Positions 28,216 to 41,889 of a DNA stretch of 64,000 bases are shown one piece after another. Both the position numbers and the translations under genes were made by a program. Positions within the stretch are counted from its first letter, which is position 1; each line of letters starts with the position of its first letter. The notes below the pieces were generated by a model. That model was given only the letters and a program-made list of their open reading frames with translations, was not told the origin of the DNA and did no database searches. Source of the DNA: Chloroflexota bacterium (GTDB lineage Bacteria; Chloroflexota; Dehalococcoidia; UBA2979); assembly GCA_027622315.1 (NCBI GenBank), contig JAQBZW010000001.1:433-64432 (forward strand), written 5' to 3'.

Positions 28216-29469
28216 CTACTCCATGGCACCCGCCGCCGCATAGTCCGCGATCTCGTCCGCGCTCAGTCCCAGCACCTCCGTCAGCACCTCGAACGTGTGC
28301 TCGCCGATCAGCGGCGCGCGTGATGTGACAGGCGGATGCGCCCGTGAGCGGATCGGGTTGCGATGGATCAAGAACGATCGCCCGGACGGATGATCCCCGG
28401 GCGCGGTCTCGTGGAACTGGTTGCCGCCGAGCGTCGGATCGCGATGCACGCTATCCGGGATGGTCTGATACGGACCGGCCGGCACGCCGGCTGCCTGCAG
28501 TTGTTCCGCCAGCTCATGCCGGTCGAATGCGCGCGTCCACGCCTCCAGCGCGTCGCGGATCTCCTCGCCGGCGGCGCGGCGGCCATCGAGCGTGGCGAAG
28601 CGCGTGTCGCGCAGTGCGTCGACGCCCGACAGCGCGACCAGCGTCTGCCACTGCCGGTCGTCGTAGACCGCGATCGCGCACCAAGAATCCTCGCCGGCGC
28701 AGCGGAAGAAGTCGTGCGGGCAAGCACTCGCGTCGTCGTTCCCGATTGGCGCCGGCGCGCTCCCCGTCGCCCCGTACTCGAGTAACGCCGGCCCCATGAT
28801 CGCGATGGTCGACTCGTACTGGCTGAGCTCGATGAACTGCCCCTCGCCGGTGCGATCGCGGTGTTCGAGAGCGGCGAGCACGGCGATCGCGGCATGGAAC
28901 GGATTCGACGAGAAGTCGGCGTACTGGTGTCCCCAGGGCAACGACGGCTCGCCGGGGTGGCCGGAGACCGACTTCAGCCCGGCCACGCCCGCGAACATGT
29001 CGCCGAAGCCTCGCCAGCGTGCGCGCGGCCCGCTGCTCTCCATGCTCGGCATGTTGACGACGATCACGCCGGGGTTCAGATCGCGCGCGCGCTCGTAGCC
29101 CGCGCCCCACTGCTCGAGCTGATCGCCAGCAAGGTTGCACAGCACGACGTCGGACGCGGCGACTAGCCGCTGGAGCAGCTCGCGGCCCTCCGCGGAGCCG
29201 AGATTCACCGTGCACGATCGCTTTCCCGAGTTCGCGTCCTGGAAATATCCACCGCTGTCGGGATCCGAATTCGCGTCGCCCGGGAGCACGCCGAACAGCG
29301 GCGTGCGGTTCGCTCGTCCGACCTCCATGCGCTTGCGTGACTCCACCTTGATCACGTCCGCGCCGAAGTCCGCCAGCAGCCGCGCCGCGAACGGGCCCGC
29401 GATGATCCACGAGAGGTCGAGCACGCGCACTCCCGCGAGCGGCCGGGGGGCGTGATCGCCCGCGCTCAT
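28216..29469 (-). CDS. CoA transferase family III (CaiB/BaiF/Frc-like)
   Basis: LAGVRVLDLSWIIAGPFAARLLADFGADVIKVE... is full length (417 aa). Its start overlaps the upstream gene's stop (ATGA). Confidence 0.85.
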   Translation of the reverse strand: MSAGDHAPRPLAGVRVLDLSWIIAGPFAARLLADFGADVIKVESRKRMEVGRANRTPLFGVLPGDANSDPDSGGYFQDANSGKRSCTVNLGSAEGRELLQRLVAASDVVLCNLAGDQLEQWGAGYERARDLNPGVIVVNMPSMESSGPRARWRGFGDMFAGVAGLKSVSGHPGEPSLPWGHQYADFSSNPFHAAIAVLAALEHRDRTGEGQFIELSQYESTIAIMGPALLEYGATGSAPAPIGNDDASACPHDFFRCAGEDSWCAIAVYDDRQWQTLVALSGVDALRDTRFATLDGRRAAGEEIRDALEAWTRAFDRHELAEQLQAAGVPAGPYQTIPDSVHRDPTLGGNQFHETAPGDHPSGRSFLIHRNPIRSRAHPPVTSRAPLIGEHTFEVLTEVLGLSADEIADYAAAGAME

Positions 29470-30332
29470 AGCACGCCCTCAGCGCGCAGCCCGGCGAGCG
29501 CCGCGCCGTCGAGACCAATGGCGCCGTACACCTCGGCGTTGTGCTCCCCGAGTCGCGGGGGGCGCCCGCCCACGCCCCCGGGGGTGACGCCGAAGCGCAT
29601 CGGCAGACCCGCATCGCGCGGCACGGTCGCGAGCTCCGGATGGTCGATGTCGACGAAGAACGCACGGGCTTCGAGGAAGGGGTCCCGCAGCAGGTCGGCC
29701 GCGTCGTGCACCGGCAGCGCCAGCAGCCCGCGCGACTGGACCGCATCGACCAACACGCCTCGCGTCTGCGTGCCAACCCACCGCGCGATCAGCCGGGTGG
29801 GACGTTCGTCCGCCATGAACTGATCGTGGGTGAGGTCCGCGCGCAGCGCGCGCAGCGCGCGCAGCTCCGCGACGACGGCCGGTGCATCCTCGCCGCTGAG
29901 TTCGCCGACGAGCGCGATGGCCTCCGGGTCGCGCCAGGGGTTGAACGCGACGTAGCCGTCGGCCGCCTCGTAGAGGCCGTTGGGCAGACCGTCGCCGCGT
30001 GGCGTGCGACCGCGCTCGAAACCGAACTGGTGGTAGAGCGACGCGTTCTGCATCTGGAACGTGACCAGCGTTGCGACGCGCTCGATCGCGATGTCGACGA
30101 CATCGCCACCACCCCCGATGCGCGCGGAGCGGCGGGCGATCAGCGCGCCGAGCGCGGCGGCGAGTCCCGCCAGCTCCGACGCCTGCTCCGGGCCAAAGCG
30201 CGCGGGGCACCCCTCGCGGTAGCCGTACAGGCCGAGCATGCCGCTCATCGCCTGGCAGACCAGGTCCCCACCCAGTCCCTCTCTCTGGCCACATATCTGT
30301 CCGGTCATGTCCGCCGCTCGATACGCACGCAA
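29466..30332 (-). CDS. CoA transferase family III homolog lacking the N-terminal about 150-aa Rossmann/CoA-binding region (truncated paralog)
   Basis: It begins near the catalytic-Asp region (GGDLVCQAMSGMLGLYG) and continues through the small domain and C-terminus. No N-terminal domain is encoded upstream in any frame; only 118 bp separate it from the divergent gene. Confidence 0.55.
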   Translation of the reverse strand: MRAYRAADMTGQICGQREGLGGDLVCQAMSGMLGLYGYREGCPARFGPEQASELAGLAAALGALIARRSARIGGGGDVVDIAIERVATLVTFQMQNASLYHQFGFERGRTPRGDGLPNGLYEAADGYVAFNPWRDPEAIALVGELSGEDAPAVVAELRALRALRADLTHDQFMADERPTRLIARWVGTQTRGVLVDAVQSRGLLALPVHDAADLLRDPFLEARAFFVDIDHPELATVPRDAGLPMRFGVTPGGVGGRPPRLGEHNAEVYGAIGLDGAALAGLRAEGVL

Positions 30333-30450
30333 TCCGGATGCGCCGAGGGCGCGCCCGCCGATCGGCGCGCATAATCAGCGCGCCGCGCGCGGGATCGCGC
30401 GACGACACGGCGATCGGATGCGGGCCGGAGGGGGTGCGGGGGGGCGACTC

Positions 30451-32207
30451 GTGGTTGTGCATCGTGGAATTGTGATCGTCCACGGCGTGGGCGAAGCCGG
30501 CAAAGGCGGGTACCTCGATCTGTTCGTGGAACCGCTGGCGCGCTTCGTCGGCGACGCGATCGAAGATGCCAACGTGGCGATCGAAGTCAGCAACGAAGCG
30601 GACATCGGCCGCATGAGCTCCGCCACGTTGCGTCTGCGGGACGAGAACACGCGGGCGGTCGTGGAAGAGTGGCGCATCCAGGACGCCTGGTGGGCGCGGT
30701 CGTTCGCAGCGAGCGGCTCTCAGGTGGTGCTGTACTGGGGCATCATCGCCGGCATCACGTCGATGTGGATGACCTTCCGCAACGTCTTCGTCCGCAACGC
30801 GCTGCGCTTCCTCATGCCGCGCCGCTACGAGCAGCTCCCGCTCGCGCGTGCGGACCTGCGCGGGCGGCCGCTCAGCCCGAGCACGGCCCGTCGCCTCGGC
30901 GAGGCGGACGAGGGCGCATGGGTGGTCGCCGGCGCCGCGCGCATGAAGGCGCTACTCGATGCATTCGTGTGGATGCTGATCACCGCCGGTTACCTGGTCG
31001 TCGCGGTGACGGGTCTCCTGATCGTGATCCCCGTCTACCTGCTCCTGCTCACCCCGCTCGCGATGCTGGTTCCACAGGTGTCGCGGGTGCAGCGAGCGAT
31101 CGTGGGCACGCTCGTGCGTGGCGTCGGTGATCAGCAGGCGACGACCACGCGCCGGTTCGCGCTCGCCGCCGCCGCGAACGAGGTCTCGCGCGCGCTGGCG
31201 CCCATGCTCGACCCGAGAGCGCTGGCGGCCGAGCGCGACCGTGACCCGGCGTTCGCCGGATACCGCACCGTGACGGTGGTCGCCTACTCGGGTGGCACGA
31301 TCGTCTCCTACGACGCGCTGGCGACGCAGGTCCAGGACTGGATGGCGCAGCCCGTCCCGGAGGGGATCGAGCGGCCGACGCGCGTGAACTGGATCACGGC
31401 GGGAAGCGGCCTGAACCTCGCGTACCGCATGCGCCGACGCCGCTCACAGCGCGATAACGCGTTCTGGGGGCGTCGCATCGACGGCTACGTAAACTGGTTG
31501 AACATCTACGCGCGCTACGACCCGATTCCGCAGGGTCCGGCGCCCGGCGCGCTAGTGGAAGCGCTCGTCGGGCGAGACCCGTGGCTCGACGTTCCCCCCG
31601 ACACCGGGCAACAGCGGCCGCCGTACGTGTGCCTGCGAGTCGTGAACGACGACTTCCCGGCGACGGACCACTTCGGCTACTGGAGCAACGGGGACGAGGT
31701 GCTCTCACGGGTCGCGCTCGTCGTGATGTCCGACACGCTCGCCCACAGACAGATCGACCCGCAGGATGTCGCCTTCGGCACCAGTCCACTCACACGACTG
31801 GCGTCGGAGGTGGCACGGCGGACGGCCCGCGGCCGTCCGCACCGGAACGAAGTCCTGCGCCGGCAACTGCCGGTCTACCTCGGGATGCTCGGGTTCATCG
31901 CGCTGCTACCGCGGGCCGCACTCGCCGGTCGCTGGCTGCTCGGCAAGGACACGCTGTTCGGCGTGCCCGCGGTCAGCTTCCGCGGCCGCGTGCTGGACGA
32001 GTTGCTGCCGACGTCGCTCGGCGGCCTGAGCATCGAGGGCTACCGCGACTGGCTGGTGGGTGTGGCCGCGATCGCGTTCGCGGCGCTGGTCGCCGTCCAG
32101 CTCATCCAGCTGCTCGCGACCCTCGCCCGCTGGGTCCGCGACGGGGGATCGTTCTGGCTGGTGATCGTTCCGGTGCTCGGGACCGTGCTCACGATCGCGC
32201 TCGTCGC

Positions 32208-32232
<25 letters not shown>
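30451..32232 (+). CDS. membrane-anchored alpha/beta-hydrolase-like protein (HG oxyanion motif, GYSGG nucleophile elbow, at least 5 TM helices); hypothetical
   Basis: A GTG start lies after a G-run SD. IVIVHGVGEAGKG...VVAYSGGTIVSYDAL...NDDFPATDHFGYW, with hydrophobic helices in the middle and at the C-terminus. Confidence 0.5.
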
Positions 32233-34232
<2,000 letters not shown>

Positions 34233-34442
34233 GCAAGCCTCCAGCTGAGCGGACTGCTCGGCCGGCCCGTACGAGACCATAATCGACACCAGCACGTGTT
34301 GATAGTGCGTGGATAGATGAGGTTTGCATTGGTTTCTTCGCCGCACCGCACGGCCCCGAGCGGACCCACACCGTCGAGCCCCACCCGTGAGGACGCCTCA
34401 ACTCCACCCGGCGGTCGTCGCCCCCGGGCGGGACGCGGTGCT

Positions 34443-35312
34443 TCAGCGGAAGTCAGTGAGCGTGGGCTCGCCCTCGCCAAACGGGGGGCGGGCGCGGTAG
34501 AAGCGTTCTTCACCGAAGAAGCGCTCGGCGAGGTCTTCTGGCATGCGCGCGAACATGCTGCTCTCGCCGAACTGGCTGCGGTGCATCGCCGCCGCGCGGC
34601 GTTTCGCCGCGGCGTATGCCGCGCAGTCGATCACCACGCTCACGGGCGGGTCCGGGCGGGCCAGCGCCTCTTCAAAACGCTTGCGCATGTCTTCACCCAA
34701 GGGCTCCGGGGCGAGCCCGCGCCGTTCGAGTTCCAGTCGCACGTTCGCGAACTGCTTCATCGTGCGCGCGCCCCAGTAGAGCCGCTCAGGTGCCCATGGC
34801 GCGCCCGTCTCCGGGAAAGCCCCCGGATCGCCACAGGCATCGAAGGCCGCGACCGTGTGCATGTACGTCGCAATGTGATCGGGATGGCCGTAGCCGCCGT
34901 CGGGCTGCCACGTGAAGACGTCGTGCGGGCGCACCTCGCGCATGATCGCCAGCAGCGCCGGGACAGCCACTGCGGGCGGCTGCTGGTGAAAGCTGCGCGG
35001 GTCGTCGTTCTCGGTCGTGCCCGCCATGCCGCTATCGCGGAACGGCAGGAGACGGACCTCGGCGAGCCCGATCTGCGCCATCGCCGCGCGCAATTCCAGC
35101 TCGCGCGTGTAGCCGAGCGTCTCTGGCGTTGCGAGCGTGGCATCGCTGATCTCGCCCACCTCGCCGCGTGTCGTGCACACGAGCGTGACGGCGTTGCCTT
35201 CCGCCAGGAAGGCTGCAAGCGTGCCGGTGACCTGGCCTTCATCGTCCGGATGGCCGTAGACGGCCATGATCCGCCGGCCGCTCACGCCGACCACGGAGGG
35301 CAGTGCACTCAT
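34443..35312 (-). CDS. PIG-L/LmbE family deacetylase (MshB/Mca/BshB-like)
   Basis: IMAVYGHPDDEGQVTGTL...GGYGHPDHIA contains HPDDE plus the His motifs. AGGAG lies 5 nt before the ATG. Confidence 0.75.
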   Translation of the reverse strand: MSALPSVVGVSGRRIMAVYGHPDDEGQVTGTLAAFLAEGNAVTLVCTTRGEVGEISDATLATPETLGYTRELELRAAMAQIGLAEVRLLPFRDSGMAGTTENDDPRSFHQQPPAVAVPALLAIMREVRPHDVFTWQPDGGYGHPDHIATYMHTVAAFDACGDPGAFPETGAPWAPERLYWGARTMKQFANVRLELERRGLAPEPLGEDMRKRFEEALARPDPPVSVVIDCAAYAAAKRRAAAMHRSQFGESSMFARMPEDLAERFFGEERFYRARPPFGEGEPTLTDFR

Positions 35313-35536
35313 CTTCGCTCCTGCATCGTCATATCCGTCGGGACTGACCCGCTCGCTCGCTGGAGGAGGCCGACGAGGGAACTGAGACCCCACGGAGTCC
35401 CGAGGTTAGGGCACACCGGCCGAACGCACCGCCGGTACCCCCCGATCCCACCGGCATCCGACAACCGACCGGGCGGACGAAGACGGACCTTCGGGGTACA
35501 TTAGTGAACCCGCGCACAATGTCTGGGAAGGCTCGA

Positions 35537-37840
35537 CGCATGCTCGCTCGTCTCGGCACATGGTGTTTCCGCAACCGCTGGAAGGTGCTGGCGGGCTGGC
35601 TCGCGCTGGTGGTCGTCGTGTTCGGCGCGGGCGCAGTGATTGGTTCGGCGTTCGACGGCGCATTCGAGATTCCGGCGTCCGAGAGCCGTCGCGGATTCGA
35701 TGCGCTCGACGAGCACTTCGGCGGCGTGGGTAGCGGTCAGAGCGGGTCCATCGTCTTCCGCGCCGAGCAGGGTGTGCAGGATCCCGCCGTGCAGTCGGCG
35801 ATGGAGGGCTTGTTCTCCCGCGTCGCGGCGATCGAGGGCGTGTCCGTCACGAGCCCCTACGAGGAGTTCGGCGCGCAGCAGGTCAGTGCAGACGGCATGA
35901 TTGCGTACGCGACCGTCACGCTCGCCGTCGACATCGACATGACGGAATCCACGGTGATCGGCCAGACCATTATCGACGAAGCGCCGGCCATGGACGGCCT
36001 CACCGTGGAGGTGGGTGGCCAGGCGCTCGCGCCGTTCGAGCCGCCGCAATCGGAGTTCGTCGGGCTGGCATTCGCGGTGGTCGTGCTGATCCTGGCATTC
36101 GGCTCCGTGCTCGCGATGGGGCTGCCGATCGGCGTGGCCGTTGCGGGCGTAGGCGTGGGCGCCGGGCTGATCGCGCTGATCTCGAACCTGCAACCGGTCC
36201 CGGACTTCGCGACGACGCTCGGCGCCATGATCGGGCTCGGTGTGGGCATCGACTACGCGCTGATCATCGTCACCCGCTATCGCGAGGGCCTCGCCAGCGG
36301 ACTGACGCCGGAGGCGGCCACGGAGCGCGCGCTCGATACCGCCGGGCGGGCCGTGTTCTTCGCGGGCATCACCGTCGTGATCTCACTGCTCGGGATGCTG
36401 CTGATGGGCCTGAGCTTCGTCTCGGGGCTCGGCATCGGTGCCGCCACGGTGGTCGCCGTCACGATGCTCGCGTCGCTCACGCTGCTCCCGGCCTTCCTCG
36501 GATTCGCCGGGCACCGCGTCGAAATTACGCGCTGGCCGGAGTTGATCGCGGCCGCGCTGCTCGCCGCGGCGCTGCTGGGCGCGGGCCTCGGCCTGCGGCC
36601 GCTGCTGTTCGCCGCGCCGGCTGCGGTGCTCGTGTTCGTCGCGGGCCTGCTCGTCCCGGCGCTGCGCGTCGACGTGCCGCGGCGACCGCGCCGGGCGCTC
36701 CGCGACTCGCTCGCGTATCGCTGGAGCCGGCTCGTGCAGTCGCACCCCTGGACCGGCGTGATCGCCGGCGCCGGGGTGCTGCTGCTGCTCGCCGCGCCCG
36801 TGCTCTCGCTGCGCATGGGCTTCTCCGACGAAGGCAACTTCGGCGAGGACACGACCACCCGGCGCGCGTACGACATGCTCGGGGCCGGCTTCGGGCCCGG
36901 CTTCAACGGGCCGCTGCTGGTCACGCTGGTGCTCGGGCAGCCGTCCGATCGCGATGCCGTTGCGGCCGTACATGATGCGATCGCGAGCGCGCCGGGCGTG
37001 GCGAACGTGGGTCCGCCGCTACCGAGCGACCGCGCACAGCCGGCGAGCGCCGCGGCTTACCTCATACAGGTGATCCCCACCACGTCGCCACAGGATCGCG
37101 CGACCGACGAGCTCGTTGAGCTGCTGCGGCGCAGCGCGGTCCCGTCCGCCGTCGCAGGCAGCACACTCGCCGTGAGCGTCACCGGCAACGTCGCCGTCGG
37201 CGTGGATTTCACGAGCTACCTCTCTGGACGGATCCTGATCTTCTTCGGCGCCGTGCTGGCGCTCTCCTTCCTGCTCCTGATGGCGGTCTTCCGTTCGGTG
37301 CTCGTGCCGATCAAGGCCGTACTGATGAACGTGCTCTCAATTGGCGCGGCGTACGGCATCGTCGTGGCCGTATTCCAGTGGGGGTGGCTCGGCGGCTGGC
37401 TCGGCATCACGGGTGGGCCGATCGAACCGTTCCTCCCGATGATGATGTTCGCAATCGTGTTCGGACTCTCGATGGACTACGAGGTCTTCCTGCTGTCGCG
37501 CGTCAAGGAGGAGTTCGACCGCACGGGCGACCCCGTGGGCTCGGTGGCGGACGGGCTCGCCTCCACCGCGCACGTGATCACGGCGGCGGCGGCGATTATG
37601 GTTGTGGTCTTCGGGAGCTTCATGTTCGAGGATCAGCGCATCATCAAACTCTTCGGCCTCGGGCTCGCCGTGGCAGTGCTGCTCGACGCAACGCTGGTAC
37701 GCATGCTGCTCGTGCCGGCGACGATGAAGCTGCTCGGCCGCTGGAACTGGTGGCTGCCGAGCTGGCTCGACCGCGCCCTGCCACGCATCCATGTCGAAGG
37801 CCAGCGCGAAGCTGCCCCCGACGCCGGCATCGCGAGCTAG
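35537..37840 (+). CDS. MMPL-family (RND superfamily) membrane transporter
   Basis: MLARLGTWCFRNRWKVLAGWLALVVVV... has the 12-TM two-repeat MMPL architecture. Start could instead be GTG 35504 or ATG 35519. Confidence 0.85.
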   Translation, partial: RMLARLGTWCFRNRWKVLAGWLALVVVVFGAGAVIGSAFDGAFEIPASESRRGFDALDEHFGGVGSGQSGSIVFRAEQGVQDPAVQSAMEGLFSRVAAIEGVSVTSPYEEFGAQQVSADGMIAYATVTLAVDIDMTESTVIGQTIIDEAPAMDGLTVEVGGQALAPFEPPQSEFVGLAFAVVVLILAFGSVLAMGLPIGVAVAGVGVGAGLIALISNLQPVPDFATTLGAMIGLGVGIDYALIIVTRYREGLASGLTPEAATERALDTAGRAVFFAGITVVISLLGMLLMGLSFVSGLGIGAATVVAVTMLASLTLLPAFLGFAGHRVEITRWPELIAAALLAAALLGAGLGLRPLLFAAPAAVLVFVAGLLVPALRVDVPRRPRRALRDSLAYRWSRLVQSHPWTGVIAGAGVLLLLAAPVLSLRMGFSDEGNFGEDTTTRRAYDMLGAGFGPGFNGPLLVTLVLGQPSDRDAVAAVHDAIASAPGVANVGPPLPSDRAQPASAAAYLIQVIPTTSPQDRATDELVELLRRSAVPSAVAGSTLAVSVTGNVAVGVDFTSYLSGRILIFFGAVLALSFLLLMAVFRSVLVPIKAVLMNVLSIGAAYGIVVAVFQWGWLGGWLGITGGPIEPFLPMMMFAIVFGLSMDYEVFLLSRVKEEFDRTGDPVGSVADGLASTAHVITAAAAIMVVVFGSFMFEDQRIIKLFGLGLAVAVLLDATLVRMLLVPATMKLLGRWNWWLPSWLDRALPRIHVEGQREAAPDAGIAS

Positions 37841-38670
37841 TGATCGACGAGCTGCCACACCGCTCCCCGCGCCTGCGCGAGAGCCGGGCGGCGCGTGCGT
37901 TCGGAGGCGTCCGCGATCGCGCTCGCGTCGTGCGGCCGTCGGCCATCGGGCTTTCGGCCGCGCAGTCGTGGACGGTCGCGGCGTTCGTCGGCGGTGGGCT
38001 GCTGCTGACGGTCGCGGGCGCGTGGATCTTCGGCTCCGTGTACGAGGTGAACGCGGAAGCGCTGCGGGACTGGCTGCAGGCGCGCGGACCGCTGGCGCCC
38101 CTCGCGTACATCGCACTGCTCGTGGCAGCAATCGTCGTCTCCCCGATCCCGTCGGTGCCACTGAACGTCGCGGCCGGGCTCGCGTTTGGCCTGGTCTGGG
38201 GGACGATCTACACGCTGATCGGGATCGAACTCGGTGGCGTGATCGCCTTCTTGCTCGCGCGTCATCTCGGGCGGCCGGCGGTGGTGCGCTACGTACCGGC
38301 TGCCTCGGTCGAGTTCGTCGATCGGCTGGCCGACCGGCTGGGCTGGCGCGGCATCTTCCTCGTGCGCCTGATCCCACTCTTTCACTTCGATTGGATCAGC
38401 TACGCGGCGGGGCTCACGCAGATGCGATTCCTCTCCTTCGCCAGCGCCAGCCTCGCCGGGATCGTCGTTCCTGTGATCGGCGTCGTCGCCGTCGGCGACT
38501 CGCTCGTGAGCGACCCGCGTCGCGCCGCCCTGATCGTGGCCGCGCTGATCGTGCTCGCGCTCACGCCGGTCGCCTGGGCGACGGGGTCACGCCGGCGCGC
38601 TCGTGGCCGATCCGTGCCCGCGGCTGTAGACGAACGTGAGCCGGTGCTCCCGGGCGCACACCGCGACTGA
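37840..38670 (+). CDS. DedA/TVP38 (VTT-domain) family membrane protein
   Basis: ...LAYIALLVAAIVVSPIPSVPLNVAAGLAFGLVWGTIYTLIGIELGGVIAFLLARHLGR... The GTG overlaps the MMPL stop (TAGTG). The 5' end of track ORF 37378..38670 lies inside the MMPL gene and is rejected. GTG 37930 is an alternative start. Confidence 0.65.
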   Translation: MIDELPHRSPRLRESRAARAFGGVRDRARVVRPSAIGLSAAQSWTVAAFVGGGLLLTVAGAWIFGSVYEVNAEALRDWLQARGPLAPLAYIALLVAAIVVSPIPSVPLNVAAGLAFGLVWGTIYTLIGIELGGVIAFLLARHLGRPAVVRYVPAASVEFVDRLADRLGWRGIFLVRLIPLFHFDWISYAAGLTQMRFLSFASASLAGIVVPVIGVVAVGDSLVSDPRRAALIVAALIVLALTPVAWATGSRRRARGRSVPAAVDEREPVLPGAHRD

Positions 38671-38901
38671 GTCGACTGCCACGCACCGTCCCGACCATCA
38701 TCAAGATCGCAATGTCTCGTCCGTGCGGAGACGCGTCATACTGGCGAAGCTCCGCGACCCGGACGCCGGGAGCGCGGCAGAGGCTGGCGGCACGCGCTGC
38801 GAGGTGGTAGTCAGTGCCTTGCCCACGAGAGCGTGCCGCCGTCCGGCCATGATCCGGTCACGGCGGTCCCGACTGGTCGTGTGAGGGGGAGGAGTCAGAA
38901 C

Positions 38902-40875
<1,974 letters not shown>

Positions 40876-40901
40876 GTCGGAGCGCCTCCGAGAACGCGAA
40901 A

Positions 40902-40935
40902 GGCCCCGGCGGGACCCGCCGGGGCCTGTTCGTCT
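40902..40935 (+). terminator. intrinsic terminator after acs: GGCCCCGGCGGG-A-CCCGCCGGGGCC stem-loop followed by TGTTCGTCT
   Basis: Read from the sequence, 27 nt after the acs stop. Confidence 0.6.
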
Positions 40936-40937
40936 AC

Positions 40938-41070
40938 CTCTCCCCCGGGGCTTCCGCGCCGACCCCTCGCCCCAAAGGGGCGAGGGGTAGTTGTCTCCTG
41001 CGGCCGCGTCAAAGTGCACCCCTCCCCCGGAAGCGGGGGAGGGGTCGGCGCGGAAGCGCCGGAGGGAGAG
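40938..41070. repeat. composite nested palindromic (REP-like) element: 26-bp outer inverted repeats enclosing two perfect hairpins (CCCCTCGCCCC-AAA-GGGGCGAGGGG and CCCCTCCCCC-GGAAGC-GGGGGAGGGG)
   Basis: Read from the sequence, in the convergent intergenic region between acs and a crotonase gene. A related copy lies at 48408-48438. Confidence 0.6.
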
Positions 41071-41071
41071 G

Positions 41072-41863
41072 TCAGCGCCCTGTGAACTGCGGCCGGCGCT
41101 TCTCGGCGAAGGCCTTGCGGCCTTCGAGGAAGTCATCGCTCTCGGCGCAATCCACAGCCATGGCGCGCACGCGCTCCATGTCGCGCTCTTCCGGCTCGAG
41201 CATCGACTGCCGGATCGACTCGCGCACGAGGCGCACGGTCAGTGGCGCGTTCTCCGCGATCGTCGACGCAAGCTCGCGCACCGTCGGCTCCAGCTGGTCC
41301 ACCGGCACGACGCGGCTCACCAGCCCGAGCCGGAGCGCCTCCTCCGCGCTGAATTGGCGGCCGGTCAGCAGGATCTCGGCGGCGGCCGTCTTGCCCACGG
41401 CGTCGACGATCGCCTTCGTGCTCTCGAAGCCGTAGCCGAGGCCCAGCCGCGCCGCCGGGATCCCGAAGCGCCCGTCCTCCGCCGTGATGCGAATGTCCGC
41501 GCGCAGGGCGGTCAGCAGGCCCGCGCCGAGCGCGTAGCCGCGGATCATCGCAATCAGTGGCTTCTCGAGCAGCGCGAAGCCGTCACGAGGGCGGCCGTCG
41601 TCGCCGCCGTCACGTCGCGGCATCCCGCGCTCGCGGCCGAACTCGCCGATGTCCGCACCCGCAACGAATGCCTTGTCGCCGGCGCCGCGCATCACGACGA
41701 CGCGCACGTCGGGGTCGGCCTGAAACGTTTCGAGGATCGCCGGGATCACGCGCTGCATCTCGCCGGAGAGCGCATTGCGGCGTTCCGGCCGGTTGAACGT
41801 CATCCAGCCGATGCCGTCCTCGACGCGAGCGAGCATCTGTTCCGTTTCGAGCATGATTGTCAT
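41072..41863 (-). CDS. enoyl-CoA hydratase/isomerase family protein
   Basis: MTIMLETEQMLARVEDGIGWMTFNRPERRNAL...VVVMRGAGDKAFVAGADIGEF... GGAGGG lies 8 nt before the ATG. The upstream part of the track ORF is discarded. Confidence 0.8.
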   Translation of the reverse strand: MTIMLETEQMLARVEDGIGWMTFNRPERRNALSGEMQRVIPAILETFQADPDVRVVVMRGAGDKAFVAGADIGEFGRERGMPRRDGGDDGRPRDGFALLEKPLIAMIRGYALGAGLLTALRADIRITAEDGRFGIPAARLGLGYGFESTKAIVDAVGKTAAAEILLTGRQFSAEEALRLGLVSRVVPVDQLEPTVRELASTIAENAPLTVRLVRESIRQSMLEPEERDMERVRAMAVDCAESDDFLEGRKAFAEKRRPQFTGR

Positions 41864-41889
41864 CAGCGGGACCCTCCGTGTACGGACGT

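Noticed and set aside
26809-28323. ORF 26809..28323(+) 504 aa antisense to the carboxyltransferase gene
   Set aside because: The opposite strand encodes a full-length, motif-bearing carboxyltransferase. The plus-strand translation has no recognisable fold.
29479-30483. ORF 29479..30483(-) as a possible missing N-terminal half of the truncated CoA-transferase
   Set aside because: Its translation is an Arg/Pro/Gly-rich low-complexity string unrelated to the CoA-transferase Rossmann domain, in a different frame.
37378-37839. The 5' 154 codons of track ORF 37378..38670 as part of the DedA-family protein
   Set aside because: This stretch lies entirely inside the MMPL transporter gene in another frame. 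The DedA homology begins after the MMPL stop.
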